Positions 1 to 9,427 of a stretch of DNA of 32,000 nucleotides are shown one piece after another (position 1 is the first letter of the stretch; each line of letters begins with the position of its first letter). The notes under the pieces are model-generated. The model searched no databases, was not told where the DNA came from, and saw only the letters and a program-made list of their open reading frames with translations. The stretch is from Mycolicibacterium smegmatis. Lineage in GTDB: Bacteria; Actinomycetota; Actinomycetes; Mycobacteriales; Mycobacteriaceae. The stretch covers positions 1,320,001 through 1,352,000 of the forward strand of contig NZ_LN831039.1 in assembly GCF_001457595.1 (NCBI RefSeq). The letters run 5' to 3'. The position numbers and the translations under genes were made by a program.

Positions 1-168
1 TTGTCCGCTGCCTCCAACGCGAAGCCGAGACTTGCCAACATTGGCCCCAGGTGTTGGTCGACACTCGTATGGCTCACAGTGACCATTCTTCCTCGCATCG
101 AAAGTCCGAGGCGACTCGTGCGAAGTCGCGTCACGCTCCGGAGACCGCAGCCGACGAGGACTTGTGTT

Positions 169-450
169 TCACGCAGGCCCTCGCCGATCGAGAGGCCAGG
201 CTGAAAGGTAGACGCCGATGGCGTTGTCGATCGCCCTGCCGCGTTCGTTGGGTATGTGCTCGGGTCCGTAGTTGTCGCTCAACGCTTCTGAGAGCGCGTC
301 GATGAGCGCGTCGCTCTGTTCGATGGTGGGCCGCTCACACCTCTGAAGCAGATACAGAAGTTCCGGATTTCTCTGCGCGAGTTCACCTTCGATGACTGCA
401 CGGGCATCATCTGAGATTGCATCAAGGACACTGCTCATGGTCTCCTCCAT
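169..450 (-). CDS. Hypothetical small acidic helical protein (about 89-93 aa)
   Basis: The C-terminal part of ORF 169..738 reads as a plausible protein (MEETMSSVLDAISDDARAVIEGELAQRNPELLYLLQRCERPTIEQSDALIDALSEALSDNYGPEH...). ATG at 450. An alternative ATG at 438 is preceded by GGAGGAG. The N-terminal 96 codons of the long ORF are Arg-rich junk. I recognise no family. Confidence 0.45.
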   Translation of the reverse strand: MEETMSSVLDAISDDARAVIEGELAQRNPELLYLLQRCERPTIEQSDALIDALSEALSDNYGPEHIPNERGRAIDNAIGVYLSAWPLDRRGPA

Positions 451-598
451 CCACCTCGGCGGGACGGGACTGGTGTATCGCGGCAGGCGTTCATGGCGGG
501 CGACAATGCAAAACCGCCACCACGTACACGAACGCGATTGCCGCTGCCGTGTGGGCGAGTATGCGACGCATCTCGTTCTGGATCTGATCATCGGCAAC

Positions 599-973
599 CT
601 ACGCCGGATCGGCATAGCGGCGTGGCTCGTTCGAGACCGCAGGCCGCTCGACGGGCGGTGCAATCGTGTGTTCGACCTTCGGTGCCTGATACCGATACTC
701 ATTCGGGATCTCCTCCACACGTGCCGGCAGTCCGTCATGCTCGTGCCCAGCCCACTGGATGGTATGAGGATCGAGAGGCTGCTCTGGAGGAAGTCCCGGC
801 CAATCCTCCTCGAGGTCGAGCAAGTAGTAGTACCGGACGGCTTCGTCCAGGTCTTGCCACGGTCCCGGGTTGATGATCGATTGCGTCGTATCGCGGACGA
901 GGCCCCATGGGGTGGGTGATGAAGACGCCGTGTACACCAGGTACATCTTCGTTCCGTGGGTCCACGCGTTCAC
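599..973 (-). CDS. Hypothetical protein (about 115-124 aa)
   Basis: ORF with protein-like composition (..PWQDLDEAVRYYYLLDLEEDWPGLPPEQPLDPHTIQWAGHEHDGLP..). GTG at 973 or ATG at 946. Same strand as, and upstream of, the 169..450 gene. I recognise no family. Confidence 0.4.
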   Translation of the reverse strand: MNAWTHGTKMYLVYTASSSPTPWGLVRDTTQSIINPGPWQDLDEAVRYYYLLDLEEDWPGLPPEQPLDPHTIQWAGHEHDGLPARVEEIPNEYRYQAPKVEHTIAPPVERPAVSNEPRRYADPA

Positions 974-1007
974 TGGCCCTGTCGACAGTTGTCGGAGACA
1001 CTAGCAT

Positions 1008-1036
1008 AATCAGGATGCGCGAGAGACATCCTGATT
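1008..1036. promoter_or_regulatory. Perfect 10-bp inverted repeat (AATCAGGATG-9 nt-CATCCTGATT) upstream of the 599..973 gene
   Basis: Read directly: arms at 1008..1017 and 1027..1036, 35-60 nt upstream of the GTG at 973. It could be an operator or an RNA hairpin. Confidence 0.3.
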
Positions 1037-1437
1037 CACTGTTCACGCTGAACTGAGACGCGGTGAGACCCGGTTCGGGGCTGGTATCGAGTTGGCTCGG
1101 GCCTCAACTGCAAATTGGCCGTCTTCCCGAGCGCATTCGCAGAAATGTGTCAAACACAGTCCAAGGTATTCCTCGCCAAGAAGCGTTGCAGCTTAGTTGA
1201 TTTGGATAATCGGGGCGCCCCTCCGCGCAACCCGAGCCTTGGGTTCAGCACCGTGCCTCGAGCATGACCGAACCTATGGCGGCCTTGAGAAGGCCAACAC
1301 CACACGACGAAGCCAGCACCACACCCGCGATATCCGGCGGTAAGCGCCGCCCGTCGTTGTCGCGCAGCGGCGCTGCTGAAGATCGAGCACTTCGAGAGCG
1401 ATAGGACCAAGACTGCCCTCGGTGCCGACTGTGCCGC

Positions 1438-2058
1438 TCAGACGATCGGGTCCGGCCCCTTGCCGGTGGCAGCGGCGAAGCGCACCTGTACGTCTTGCCA
1501 GTTGACGACGTTCCAGATCGCCTTCACATAGTCGGCCTTGACGTTCTTGTACTGCAGGTAGTACGCGTGTTCCCACATGTCGACCAGCAACAGCGGGATG
1601 ATTCCCAGTGGGACATTTGCTTGCTGGTCGTACAACTGGAAGGTCAGCAGCCGGTCACCGAGGGTGTCGTAGCCCAACACCGCCCAGCCGGACCCCTGCA
1701 AACCGTTGGCGGCCGCGGTGAACTGCGCGCGAAAGTTGTCGAACGAGCCGAACTGGTCGTCGATCGCAGCCGCGAGATCCCCGGTCGGCTTGTCGCCACC
1801 GTGCGGGGACAGGTTCTTCCACCAGATCGTGTGGTTGACGTGCCCGCCGAGGTGGAACGCAAGGTTCTTCTCGTGCAGGAAGATCGCGCCGTGATCGCCG
1901 TTGGCGCGCGCTTCTTCAAGCTTGGCGATCGCGTCGTTGACGCCCTTGACGTAGGTGGCGTGGTGCTTGCTGTGGTGAATCTCGTTGATCTGTCCGGAGA
2001 TATGCGGTTCCAGGGCCGCATAGTCGTAATCGAGCTCGGGCAGGGTGTACTCAGCCAT
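1438..2058 (-). CDS. sodA: Fe/Mn superoxide dismutase
   Basis: [37 protein letters not shown]...[18 protein letters not shown] is the classic Fe/Mn-SOD signature and mycobacterial SodA N-terminus. ATG at 2058 is preceded by GAGAGGA. The longer ORF to 2250 is an artefactual extension. Confidence 0.95.
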   Translation of the reverse strand: MAEYTLPELDYDYAALEPHISGQINEIHHSKHHATYVKGVNDAIAKLEEARANGDHGAIFLHEKNLAFHLGGHVNHTIWWKNLSPHGGDKPTGDLAAAIDDQFGSFDNFRAQFTAAANGLQGSGWAVLGYDTLGDRLLTFQLYDQQANVPLGIIPLLLVDMWEHAYYLQYKNVKADYVKAIWNVVNWQDVQVRFAAATGKGPDPIV

Positions 2059-2209
2059 GGGTATCCTCTCGCGCTTGATGGACCTACACTCAGGATAGCT
2101 GTCCATCTTTACACATATACAGTTGGTAATGTATTTGTGGAAGTACCGCCCGTGCGATGGCGTACGCGGAAAGCCCGGAGTCACACCTACTTGAGTGGTC
2201 GATTCACCT

Positions 2210-2467
2210 ATGGCCGACGACGAGAAAACCCGTTGGGCGATTGACGTCATGACTGCGTGGCTCGACGACCGCGACGACGACCTGCTGCACGCCAGGATCG
2301 AGAGCTATCTGGGCGAGCCCGAGGGCGCTTCGGCGTTGGCGATCGGGCTTGTCAACTTGTCAGGGCTGCTGTTGATGGGCCTGGAGACGCTGATCGGCAA
2401 GGACGGGCAGGAAATCCTCCAGACCATCGCGATGACGGTCTCGCGTTCCAGCGCGGCCCCTGAGTGA
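2210..2467 (+). CDS. Hypothetical small protein (85-90 aa), divergent from sodA
   Basis: ORF 2195..2467 (GTG) with an internal ATG at 2210: [63 protein letters not shown]. Followed directly by a strong hairpin. Confidence 0.5.
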   Translation: MADDEKTRWAIDVMTAWLDDRDDDLLHARIESYLGEPEGASALAIGLVNLSGLLLMGLETLIGKDGQEILQTIAMTVSRSSAAPE

Positions 2468-2474
2468 CTTCTCC

Positions 2475-2515
2475 GCGGGTGGTGGCCCCGGCGTCGGACC
2501 GGGGCCACCACCCGC
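2475..2515. terminator. Bidirectional intrinsic-terminator-like hairpin between convergent genes
   Basis: Perfect 17-bp stem GCGGGTGGTGGCCCCGG (2475..2491) / CCGGGGCCACCACCCGC (2499..2515) with a 7-nt loop. It lies between the stop at 2467 (+) and the metE stop at 2521 (-). Confidence 0.6.
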
Positions 2516-2520
2516 AGGGA

Positions 2521-4803
2521 TCAGGCATCCGCTCGTGCTTCTCTGGCGGCATCGACCATGTTGCGCAGTGACTCGGTGACCTCGTCGGTCTTGCGGGTTT
2601 TCAGTCCGCAATCAGGGTTGACCCAAAGGCGTTCGGCAGGTACAGCTTTCAGTGCGTTCCGCAAGGCGGTCGCCATCTCCTCGGTGGTCGGAACGCGCGG
2701 GGAGTGGATGTCGTAGACTCCGGGGCCGACGCCGTTGCCGAACCCGGCGGCGTTGAGGTCGTCGAGCACCTCCATGTGCGACCGGGCGGCCTCGATCGAG
2801 GTCACGTCGGCATCGAGATCGGCGATCGCCCCGATCACCTCGCCGAACTCCGAGTAGCACAGGTGAGTGTGGATCTGGGTGGAGTCCTCGACCCCCGAGG
2901 TCGCCAATCGGAACGCCTCGACGGCCCATTTCAGGTACGCCGCTTGGTCTTTCGACCGCAGCGGGAGGAGTTCGCGCAAGGCGGGCTCGTCGACCTGGAT
3001 GATCACGATGCCCGCGGCCTGCAGATCGACGGTCTCGTCACGGATGGCGAGCGCGACCTGGGCGGCGGTATCGGCCAGCGGCTGGTCGTCGCGGACAAAC
3101 GACCACGCCAGGATGGTGACCGGTCCGGTGAGCATGCCTTTCATCGGCTTGTCGGTCAGCGACTGGGCATACTGCGCCCAGCTCACCGTCATCGGCTCTG
3201 GGCGCGCCACGTCGCCGTACAGAATCGGCGGACGCACGCACCGTGAGCCGTAGGACTGCACCCAGCCGTTCTCGGTCGCGAAGAAACCCGTCAGCTGTTC
3301 GGCGAAATACTGCACCATGTCGTTGCGCTCCGGCTCGCCGTGCACGAGCACGTCGAGGCCCAGGTCTTCCTGCAACTTCACCACCCCCGCGATCTCGTGT
3401 TTCATCCGCCTCTCGTACTCGGCGGTGTCGATGGTGCCGTTGCGCAGTTCGGCGCGGGCCACGCGGATGGCCGACGTCTGCGGGTACGACCCGATCGTGG
3501 TCGTCGGGAGCGGGGGCAGGCCCAGCCGGTCCTGCTGAACCTCCCGCCGGCGTGCGGCCGGGCCGCGCTGGGCGCCCGAGGCAAGGATCGACGAGAGCCG
3601 TTCCCGCACGTGATCGTTGTTGAGTCGCGGGTCGGACTTGCGTGCGGCGATCGCGTCGTTGGATGCGGCGATCTCACCGGCGATGGCTTCGCGTCCCTGC
3701 GTGAGGCCGCGCGCCAGCGCGACGACCTCGGTGACCTTCTCGAACCCGAAGGCCAGCCAGCTGCGCAGTGCAGGGTCGAGCTCCGACTCGGCGTCGAGGG
3801 TGTAGGGCACATGCAGTGTCGAGCACGACGTGGAGACGGCGAGGTTGCCGACGGACCCCAGTAGTGACGCCAATGTCCCCAGAGCCGACTGCAGGTCGGT
3901 GCGCCAGATGTTGCGGCCGTCCACGACGCCGGCAACCACGGTCTTGGTCGTGAGTTCCGGCACGGCGGCCACCGCAGCGGCGGTCCCGGCCACCAGGTCG
4001 ACGCCGATCGCCTCGACCGGCGTGCGGGCCAGTGCCGGCAGCGCGTCGGTGAGCTCACCGAAGTAGCTCGCGACGAACAGAGCGGGCCGCTTCGCCAGCC
4101 CGCCGAGGACCTTGTAGGTCTGCCCGGCCAGCTCGGCCGCGTTGTCGAGGATGTCGGTGACCAGCACGGGCTCGTCGATCTGCACCCACTGCACGCCCTC
4201 GTCGGCGAGCAGCTCCAACAGTTGGCCGTACACGCTCACCAGCTCGCCGAGTCGGGAGATCGGAGCAACGGCCCCGCCGACGGCCTTGCTCAGCGCCAGG
4301 AATGTGATGGGTCCGACCACGACCGGGCGTGCTGGAATACCGAGTGCCCGTGCCTCTCTCAGCTCTTCGATGACTTTGGCAGGGTGGAGGGCGAAGCTGG
4401 TGTCGGGACCGAGTTCGGGGACGATGTAGTGGTAGTTGGTGTCAAACCACTTGGTCATCTCCAGTGGAGCGATGTCGGTGCCGTCGTAGGTGCCGCCTCG
4501 CGCGGCGGCGAAGTAGCGGTCCAGATCGTCGGCTACCCCGGCCACGCGGGGAGGCAAAGCGCCGACCAGAACGGCGGTGTCGAGCACGTGGTCGTAGTAG
4601 GAGAAGGTGTTCACCGGAACGGAATCCAGCCCGGCGGCGGTCAGCGATTCCCAGGTGTCGCGGCGGATCTTGGCCGCGACCGACTCCAGTCCGCTGCGGT
4701 CAAGGTTTCCGGCCCAGTACTTCTCGACGGCGCGCTTGAGTTCGCGATTCGGGCCGATACGGGGCGATCCGAGGATGGTGGCGGTGAACGGTGTTGCGGT
4801 CAT
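2521..4803 (-). CDS. metE: Cobalamin-independent methionine synthase (5-methyltetrahydropteroyltriglutamate-homocysteine S-methyltransferase)
   Basis: 760 aa. [32 protein letters not shown]..., HTHLCYSEF and NPDCGLKTR motifs are typical of MetE. ATG at 4803 is preceded by GAAGAGGA. The 11 extra N-terminal codons of the ORF track are probably not translated. Confidence 0.95.
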   Translation of the reverse strand: MTATPFTATILGSPRIGPNRELKRAVEKYWAGNLDRSGLESVAAKIRRDTWESLTAAGLDSVPVNTFSYYDHVLDTAVLVGALPPRVAGVADDLDRYFAAARGGTYDGTDIAPLEMTKWFDTNYHYIVPELGPDTSFALHPAKVIEELREARALGIPARPVVVGPITFLALSKAVGGAVAPISRLGELVSVYGQLLELLADEGVQWVQIDEPVLVTDILDNAAELAGQTYKVLGGLAKRPALFVASYFGELTDALPALARTPVEAIGVDLVAGTAAAVAAVPELTTKTVVAGVVDGRNIWRTDLQSALGTLASLLGSVGNLAVSTSCSTLHVPYTLDAESELDPALRSWLAFGFEKVTEVVALARGLTQGREAIAGEIAASNDAIAARKSDPRLNNDHVRERLSSILASGAQRGPAARRREVQQDRLGLPPLPTTTIGSYPQTSAIRVARAELRNGTIDTAEYERRMKHEIAGVVKLQEDLGLDVLVHGEPERNDMVQYFAEQLTGFFATENGWVQSYGSRCVRPPILYGDVARPEPMTVSWAQYAQSLTDKPMKGMLTGPVTILAWSFVRDDQPLADTAAQVALAIRDETVDLQAAGIVIIQVDEPALRELLPLRSKDQAAYLKWAVEAFRLATSGVEDSTQIHTHLCYSEFGEVIGAIADLDADVTSIEAARSHMEVLDDLNAAGFGNGVGPGVYDIHSPRVPTTEEMATALRNALKAVPAERLWVNPDCGLKTRKTDEVTESLRNMVDAAREARADA

Positions 4804-4937
4804 GAGGACGTCCTCTTCGGTACGGCGGAAGGCCATCGCCTTGAGACGTCGAACCGAACGCGGCTGACCACGACAGGTCTACCGATTCGGCCAATGCCCA
4901 TTCCACGAGGCGATGAACCACCGGACGCGGCGCATCC

Positions 4938-5112
4938 GGTACGGCTGGCAGGTCTTCGGACTCACAGGCGCGTGCGCTGACGCACACCTACTGGCCGTCG
5001 CTTCCCAGCCCCTAGGCGGGGCCAGTGCTGATGACGGCGGTCGTTCCTGCATACCGCTGCGGGACAGTCCCGGATTTTCACCGGGTTCCCTCTCGTTCCG
5101 CACCTGTGACAG
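4938..5112 (-). promoter_or_regulatory. Cobalamin (B12) riboswitch in the metE leader
   Basis: The minus-strand transcript reads ..GGTGCGGAACGAGAGGGAACCCGGTGAAAATCCGGGACTGTCCCGCAGCGGTA..CAGCACTGG..TGGGAAGCGACGGCCAG..GTGAGTCCGAAGACCTGCCAGCC. This covers the conserved core (GGTGAAAATCC, CCCGCAGCGGTA, CACTGG/GGGAAG) and a B12 box (AGTCCGAAGACCTGCC, about 4941..4965). A hairpin ACCGGA-9 nt-TCCGGT (4921..4941) follows, before the RBS. Confidence 0.85.
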
Positions 5113-5190
5113 CACACGGAACTCGATGGCCGGTACGGGCGTTCGTCGAGCGCCTGTAGCGGACAAACCAGCTGCGGCTGCAGCGTACCT

Positions 5191-5868
5191 CTACCGGGCT
5201 GTCGGCAGCGACCCTGACCGATGGTCGTTTCGGCGGTCCAGCCAGTCGGCCAGGGATCGGCCGGCTTCCAGGACGTGGTGCTCGGCGATGACCCGCGCGT
5301 GGTCGGCGTCACGTTTCTCCAGTGCGTCGAGGAGCTCTTCGTGCTCGGACAGCGAGTGTTTCTCGTGCTCGGGGAACAGGACCAGGAAGTTGGTGGGGAC
5401 CACGCGTGCCGCCTGCTTGATCGCAGCGAGCAGCCTTGGGGAATGGGCGGCGCGGTGAATGGCTTGGTGGAAACGCCAATTCGCTTCGCCGATGGCGTCG
5501 TCGCCGGAGTGTTCGGCGACGCCGGCCGCCAATGCCCGCAGCTGGTCGAGTTCTTCGTCGGTGACGCGTTCGGCGGCCCAGGCCGCCGCCTGTCCGGTGA
5601 GGACGCCGAGGATTGTGAAGCTGTCGAGGACGTCGGCCGAGCTGATGCCGATCACCGTGATGCCACTGCGCGGGGCCACGCGAACCAGGCCCTCGAACGA
5701 CAGCTCGAGCAACGCCTCGCGTACCGGCGTGCGACTGGTGGCGAACTCGGCGGTAATCGCATCCAGGTCGATTCGGGTGCCCGCAGGTAACGCGCCGGTG
5801 AGAATGCGGTCGCGGAGCTCACGGGCGGCGCGTTCGCGCACCGTTCCGCCGATGTCCATGCCGACCAC
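5191..5868 (-). CDS. GntR-family (FadR/FCD-type) transcriptional regulator
   Basis: N-terminal winged HTH (IDLDAITAEFATSRTPVREALLELSFEGLVRVAPRSGITV) followed by an all-helical FCD-like C-terminal domain. GTG at 5868 or ATG at 5859. Divergent from the monooxygenase operon. Confidence 0.85.
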   Translation of the reverse strand: MVGMDIGGTVRERAARELRDRILTGALPAGTRIDLDAITAEFATSRTPVREALLELSFEGLVRVAPRSGITVIGISSADVLDSFTILGVLTGQAAAWAAERVTDEELDQLRALAAGVAEHSGDDAIGEANWRFHQAIHRAAHSPRLLAAIKQAARVVPTNFLVLFPEHEKHSLSEHEELLDALEKRDADHARVIAEHHVLEAGRSLADWLDRRNDHRSGSLPTAR

Positions 5869-5907
5869 CCGACGATCCTAGCAAGCTACACATCTAACGT
5901 TTGAAAT

Positions 5908-5919
5908 CTGATATATCAG
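5908..5919. promoter_or_regulatory. Candidate GntR operator: perfect 12-bp palindrome CTGATATATCAG in the divergent promoter region
   Basis: Read directly. It lies in the AT-rich 70-nt gap between the GntR gene (5859/5868) and the monooxygenase start (5937). It is flanked by a second inverted repeat, ATCTAAC (5892..5898) / GTTAGAT (5922..5928). Confidence 0.35.
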
Positions 5920-5936
5920 GTGTTAGATTGCAATGC

Positions 5937-7298
5937 ATGGGTCAGCGTCGCACCGACAAGATGTCTCTCGTTGCTTTCATGCAGGCGGGAAGCGCCTCCG
6001 TGTATGCCGGATCCTGGCGCCACCCCGCCACCGAACACGGCTATCTCGACGCGGCGTACTACGCCAAGGTCGGGCGGCAGCTGGAGGAAGGCTGCTTCGA
6101 TCTGATGTTCTTCGACGACCGACTTGCGATGCCCGGCATCTACGGCGGTTCGGTCGCCGAAGCGGTCCGATACGGCGCGCGCCCAGTCAAACTCGACCTC
6201 AGCGTCATCCTCGGCGTACTCGCCCAAGCGACATCGCACATCGGCCTCGGCGCCACCTATTCGACGACGTACTACCAGCCGTTCCACGTCGCACGGACGT
6301 TCGCCAGCCTGGATCACCTGTCGCGCGGAAGGGCCGCATGGAATGTGGTGACCTCCGTCAACGACAGTGAGGCCCAGAATTTCGGCGTCGACGCCCATCT
6401 GGGCCACGACGAACGCTATGACCGCGCAGATGAGTTCCTCGACGTGGTCACCGGACTGTGGGACACCTGGGACGACGACGCCATCCGGCACGACCGGGCC
6501 GGTGGCATGTATGCCGACCCCGACAAGGTGCACGAACTCCGGCACCAGGGCAAATACTTCTCGGCTCGCGGACCGCTGACGGTACCCCGGACTCCGCAGG
6601 GCCGGCCGGTCATCCTGCAGGCCGGGTCCTCGGGACGGGGACGCGACTTCGCCTCCCGCTGGGCGGAATTGATCTTCACCGGCGATCCCGGCCTGGCGAT
6701 CGCACGAGAGCACTACGCCGACCAGAAGGCTCGTATCGCCGAAGCTGGACGCAACCCGTCGGCCGTGCGCATCTGCCCGATGGTCTATGCCGTGGTCGGC
6801 GAGAGCGAGTCGCACGCCAAGGAACGTGAGGCGATGTTCCTCCATGACCTCGTCGACCCGATGGCGTCGCTCACGCTGCTGTCGGAACTGATGAACTACG
6901 ACTTCGCTGCGCATGGCCTGGATGATCCGGTGACCGACGAGCTGATCGCGTCGGTGTCGGGGGTCAGGGGGCTGGTGCAGAACATCCGTAACCACATCGG
7001 CGGGGATACGGTGACGGTGCGTGACCTCGCCGGGCATCGGGCGACGCTGCTGCAAGGTCCCCGCTTCGTCGGGACCGGCCCCCAGGTAGCCGACCAGATG
7101 GCCGAGTGGTTCGAGGCGCAGGCCTGCGACGGGTTCGTCCTGGCCGCCACGCACATGCCCGGAGCATTCGAAGACGTGGTGCGCATGGTGGTGCCGGAAC
7201 TGCAGCGGCGCGGGCTGTTCCGCAGTGCCTACGAGGCGTCGACCCTGCGCGGGCACCTCGGATTGGAGCGGCCCGCATCGACCCGATTGAGCGCGTAG
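5937..7298 (+). CDS. LLM-class flavin-dependent monooxygenase (NtaA/SnaA/DszA family)
   Basis: MSLVAFMQAGSASVYAGSWRHPATEHGYLDAAYYAKVGRQLEEGCFDLMFFDDRLAMPG...VNDSEAQNFG...ILQAGSSGRGRDFA is typical of the nitrilotriacetate monooxygenase component A family. ATG at 5937 (alternative 5961). The TTG at 5901 is unlikely. Confidence 0.85.
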   Translation: MGQRRTDKMSLVAFMQAGSASVYAGSWRHPATEHGYLDAAYYAKVGRQLEEGCFDLMFFDDRLAMPGIYGGSVAEAVRYGARPVKLDLSVILGVLAQATSHIGLGATYSTTYYQPFHVARTFASLDHLSRGRAAWNVVTSVNDSEAQNFGVDAHLGHDERYDRADEFLDVVTGLWDTWDDDAIRHDRAGGMYADPDKVHELRHQGKYFSARGPLTVPRTPQGRPVILQAGSSGRGRDFASRWAELIFTGDPGLAIAREHYADQKARIAEAGRNPSAVRICPMVYAVVGESESHAKEREAMFLHDLVDPMASLTLLSELMNYDFAAHGLDDPVTDELIASVSGVRGLVQNIRNHIGGDTVTVRDLAGHRATLLQGPRFVGTGPQVADQMAEWFEAQACDGFVLAATHMPGAFEDVVRMVVPELQRRGLFRSAYEASTLRGHLGLERPASTRLSA

Positions 7299-8498
7299 AT
7301 GACACCGAACGCGATGCTCGAGGGAGTCCGAGTCCTGGATTTCGCCACGCTGGCCGCCGCCCCGCTGGCCGCGACGTACCTCGGGGAGTTCGGCGCCGAG
7401 GTGATCAAGGTCGAGCAGCCACATCACGGCGACCCGATCCGGACCTGGGGCAACCAGCGCGACGGGATCGGCCTGATGTGGAAGTCGGTATCGCGGAACA
7501 AGAAGTCGATCACTCTCGACTTGCGCAGCGCCGAGGGCCAGGCGCTGGCTCACCGACTGGTCGAGCATGCCGACGTGGTCGTCGTCAACACCCGCCCGCA
7601 GACACTGGCGCGGTGGAACATGAGCTACGAGACCCTACGCCGGATCAACGACCAGATCGTCATGCTGCACATCACCGGCTACGGACTGTCCGGTCCGAAG
7701 GCCGAGCGGCCGGGCTTCGGCACCCTCGGTGAGGCGATGAGCGGGTTCGCCCATCTCACCGGTGAGGCGGACGGTCCACCGACCCTGCCGCCGTTCATGC
7801 TGGCCGACGGGGTGGCGTCGCTGAACGCCGCATACGCCGTGATGATGGCGCTGTATCACCGCGACGTACACGGCGGCGACGGTCAGCTGATCGACATCAA
7901 TCTCATCGACCCGCTGGCCCGGCTGCTGGAGCAGACACTCCTGGGCTACGACCAATTGGGGCTGGTGCCTATGCGTGCCGGAAACCGCTGGGACATCTCG
8001 GCGCCACGCAACACCTATCAGACCGCCGACGGCAAGTGGCTGGCGATGTCGGGAAGCTCACCGGCACTGGCACTTCGGGTGTTCAAGGCCATCGGGCGTG
8101 CCGACCTCGTCAGCGACGCCGACTTCTCCGACCCGCAGCGCCGGCTGGCGCGGGCGAGGGAAGTCGATGCCGTCGTCGCGGAGTGGGTGGCCACCAAGAC
8201 CCTCGCGGAGGCGATGGCGGTGTTCGACAACGCGGAGGTGGCCGCGGCCCCGGTCTACGACATCGAGGGCCTGGTCGCCGATGAGCAGCTGCGCCACCGC
8301 GGCATATTCGTGGCTGTAGAGGACAGCCAGTTGGGCCGCGTGACGGTGCAGGCACCGGTGCCGCGGTTCTCGGACAGCGACGGACGCATCGACCACCTCG
8401 GCCCGGCCCTGGGCGAACACAACGACGAGATCTACGGAAACCTGTTGGGCCTGTTGCCGGCCGAACTCGACGAACTGCGCGCCCGAGGCGTGCTCTGA
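7299..8498 (+). CDS. Family III CoA-transferase (CaiB/BaiF type)
   Basis: MLEGVRVLDFATLAAAPLAATYLGEFGAEVIKVEQPHHGDPIRTWG... is the canonical family III N-terminus. The ATG directly abuts the TAG of the monooxygenase gene. Confidence 0.9.
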   Translation: MTPNAMLEGVRVLDFATLAAAPLAATYLGEFGAEVIKVEQPHHGDPIRTWGNQRDGIGLMWKSVSRNKKSITLDLRSAEGQALAHRLVEHADVVVVNTRPQTLARWNMSYETLRRINDQIVMLHITGYGLSGPKAERPGFGTLGEAMSGFAHLTGEADGPPTLPPFMLADGVASLNAAYAVMMALYHRDVHGGDGQLIDINLIDPLARLLEQTLLGYDQLGLVPMRAGNRWDISAPRNTYQTADGKWLAMSGSSPALALRVFKAIGRADLVSDADFSDPQRRLARAREVDAVVAEWVATKTLAEAMAVFDNAEVAAAPVYDIEGLVADEQLRHRGIFVAVEDSQLGRVTVQAPVPRFSDSDGRIDHLGPALGEHNDEIYGNLLGLLPAELDELRARGVL

Positions 8499-8515
8499 CC
8501 GATGGAAGAAGACCT

Positions 8516-9427
8516 GTGACCAATCTGCTGCGCCGCTCCGAACTCGCGTTGCCGGCTTGCAACGACCACATGTTCGACAAGGGCGTCACGTGCGGCGCCG
8601 ATCTGGTGTTCCTGGATCTGGAGGACGCCACACCGGTGGGGCTCAAGGTGGAATCGCGTGCCAAGGCCATTCACGCGCTGACCCAGCTCGACTGGGGCCG
8701 CACCGCGCGCGCTGTCCGGATCAACGGCCTCGATACCGAATGGTGCCATGACGACATCATCGAGATCCTCACACATGCAGGAGATCACCTCGACACCATT
8801 GTGATCCCGAAGGCCAAGACGGCGCGGGATGTGTGGTGGGTCGACGTCCTGCTGACCCAGCTGGAGGCGAAGCTCGGTCTGGACAAGACGATCCGCCTCG
8901 AAGTCCTGATCGAGGAGGTCGAGGGACTGGCCAACGCCGAGGACATTGTGCGGGCCAGTCCCCGGTTGGATGCGGTGATCTTCGGCGTCGGGGACTTCTC
9001 TCTGTCGCAGGGTGCCCGGGTGGACACCAACTTCGACCCGCTCGGCGAGTATCCCGGCGACTTCTGGGTCTATGCACGCAACAAGATCATGGTGGCGGCC
9101 CGCATCGCGGGGATCGACGCGATCGACTCACCGTATCCGGATTACCGGAACCTGGAGGGATACGAGCGGGACGCCCGACGGTCCTCGTTGATGGGTTACA
9201 CCGGAAAGTGGGCCATCCATCCCGACCAGGTGCCGATCGCCAACGAGGTCTACGCGCCCACTACCGACGAGATCGCCCGCGCCGAGCGTAATGTCGCCGC
9301 GTACCGGGAAGCAGAGGCCAAGGGTCGGGGCGCCGTCGGCGTCGAGGGCGTGCTGGTGGACGCCGCGCACGTCAAGATGGCCGAGGAGACTCTGGCCCGG
9401 GCGGCACTGATCAGCGGGGGTCGTTGA
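8516..9427 (+). CDS. HpcH/HpaI aldolase - citrate lyase beta (CitE)-like acyl-CoA lyase
   Basis: LRRSELALPACNDHMFDKGVTCGADLVFLDLEDATPV...VRINGLDTEW...IPKA...LIEEVEGL...FGVGDFS match CitE/malyl-CoA-lyase-like motifs. GTG start 17 nt after the CoA-transferase stop. Confidence 0.85.
   Translation: MTNLLRRSELALPACNDHMFDKGVTCGADLVFLDLEDATPVGLKVESRAKAIHALTQLDWGRTARAVRINGLDTEWCHDDIIEILTHAGDHLDTIVIPKAKTARDVWWVDVLLTQLEAKLGLDKTIRLEVLIEEVEGLANAEDIVRASPRLDAVIFGVGDFSLSQGARVDTNFDPLGEYPGDFWVYARNKIMVAARIAGIDAIDSPYPDYRNLEGYERDARRSSLMGYTGKWAIHPDQVPIANEVYAPTTDEIARAERNVAAYREAEAKGRGAVGVEGVLVDAAHVKMAEETLARAALISGGR

Noticed and set aside
1343-1374. Inverted repeat AGCGCCGC-16 nt-GCGGCGCT about 65-95 nt downstream of sodA as a terminator
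   Set aside because: The loop is long, there is no U-tract, and it is distant from the stop. It is plausible but not supportable as a terminator from sequence alone.
5916-7568. 550-aa ORF on the minus strand, antisense to the monooxygenase and CoA-transferase genes
   Set aside because: This is a typical high-GC shadow ORF. The translation is Arg/Gly/Pro/His-rich with no recognisable domain, while the plus-strand genes have clear family signatures.
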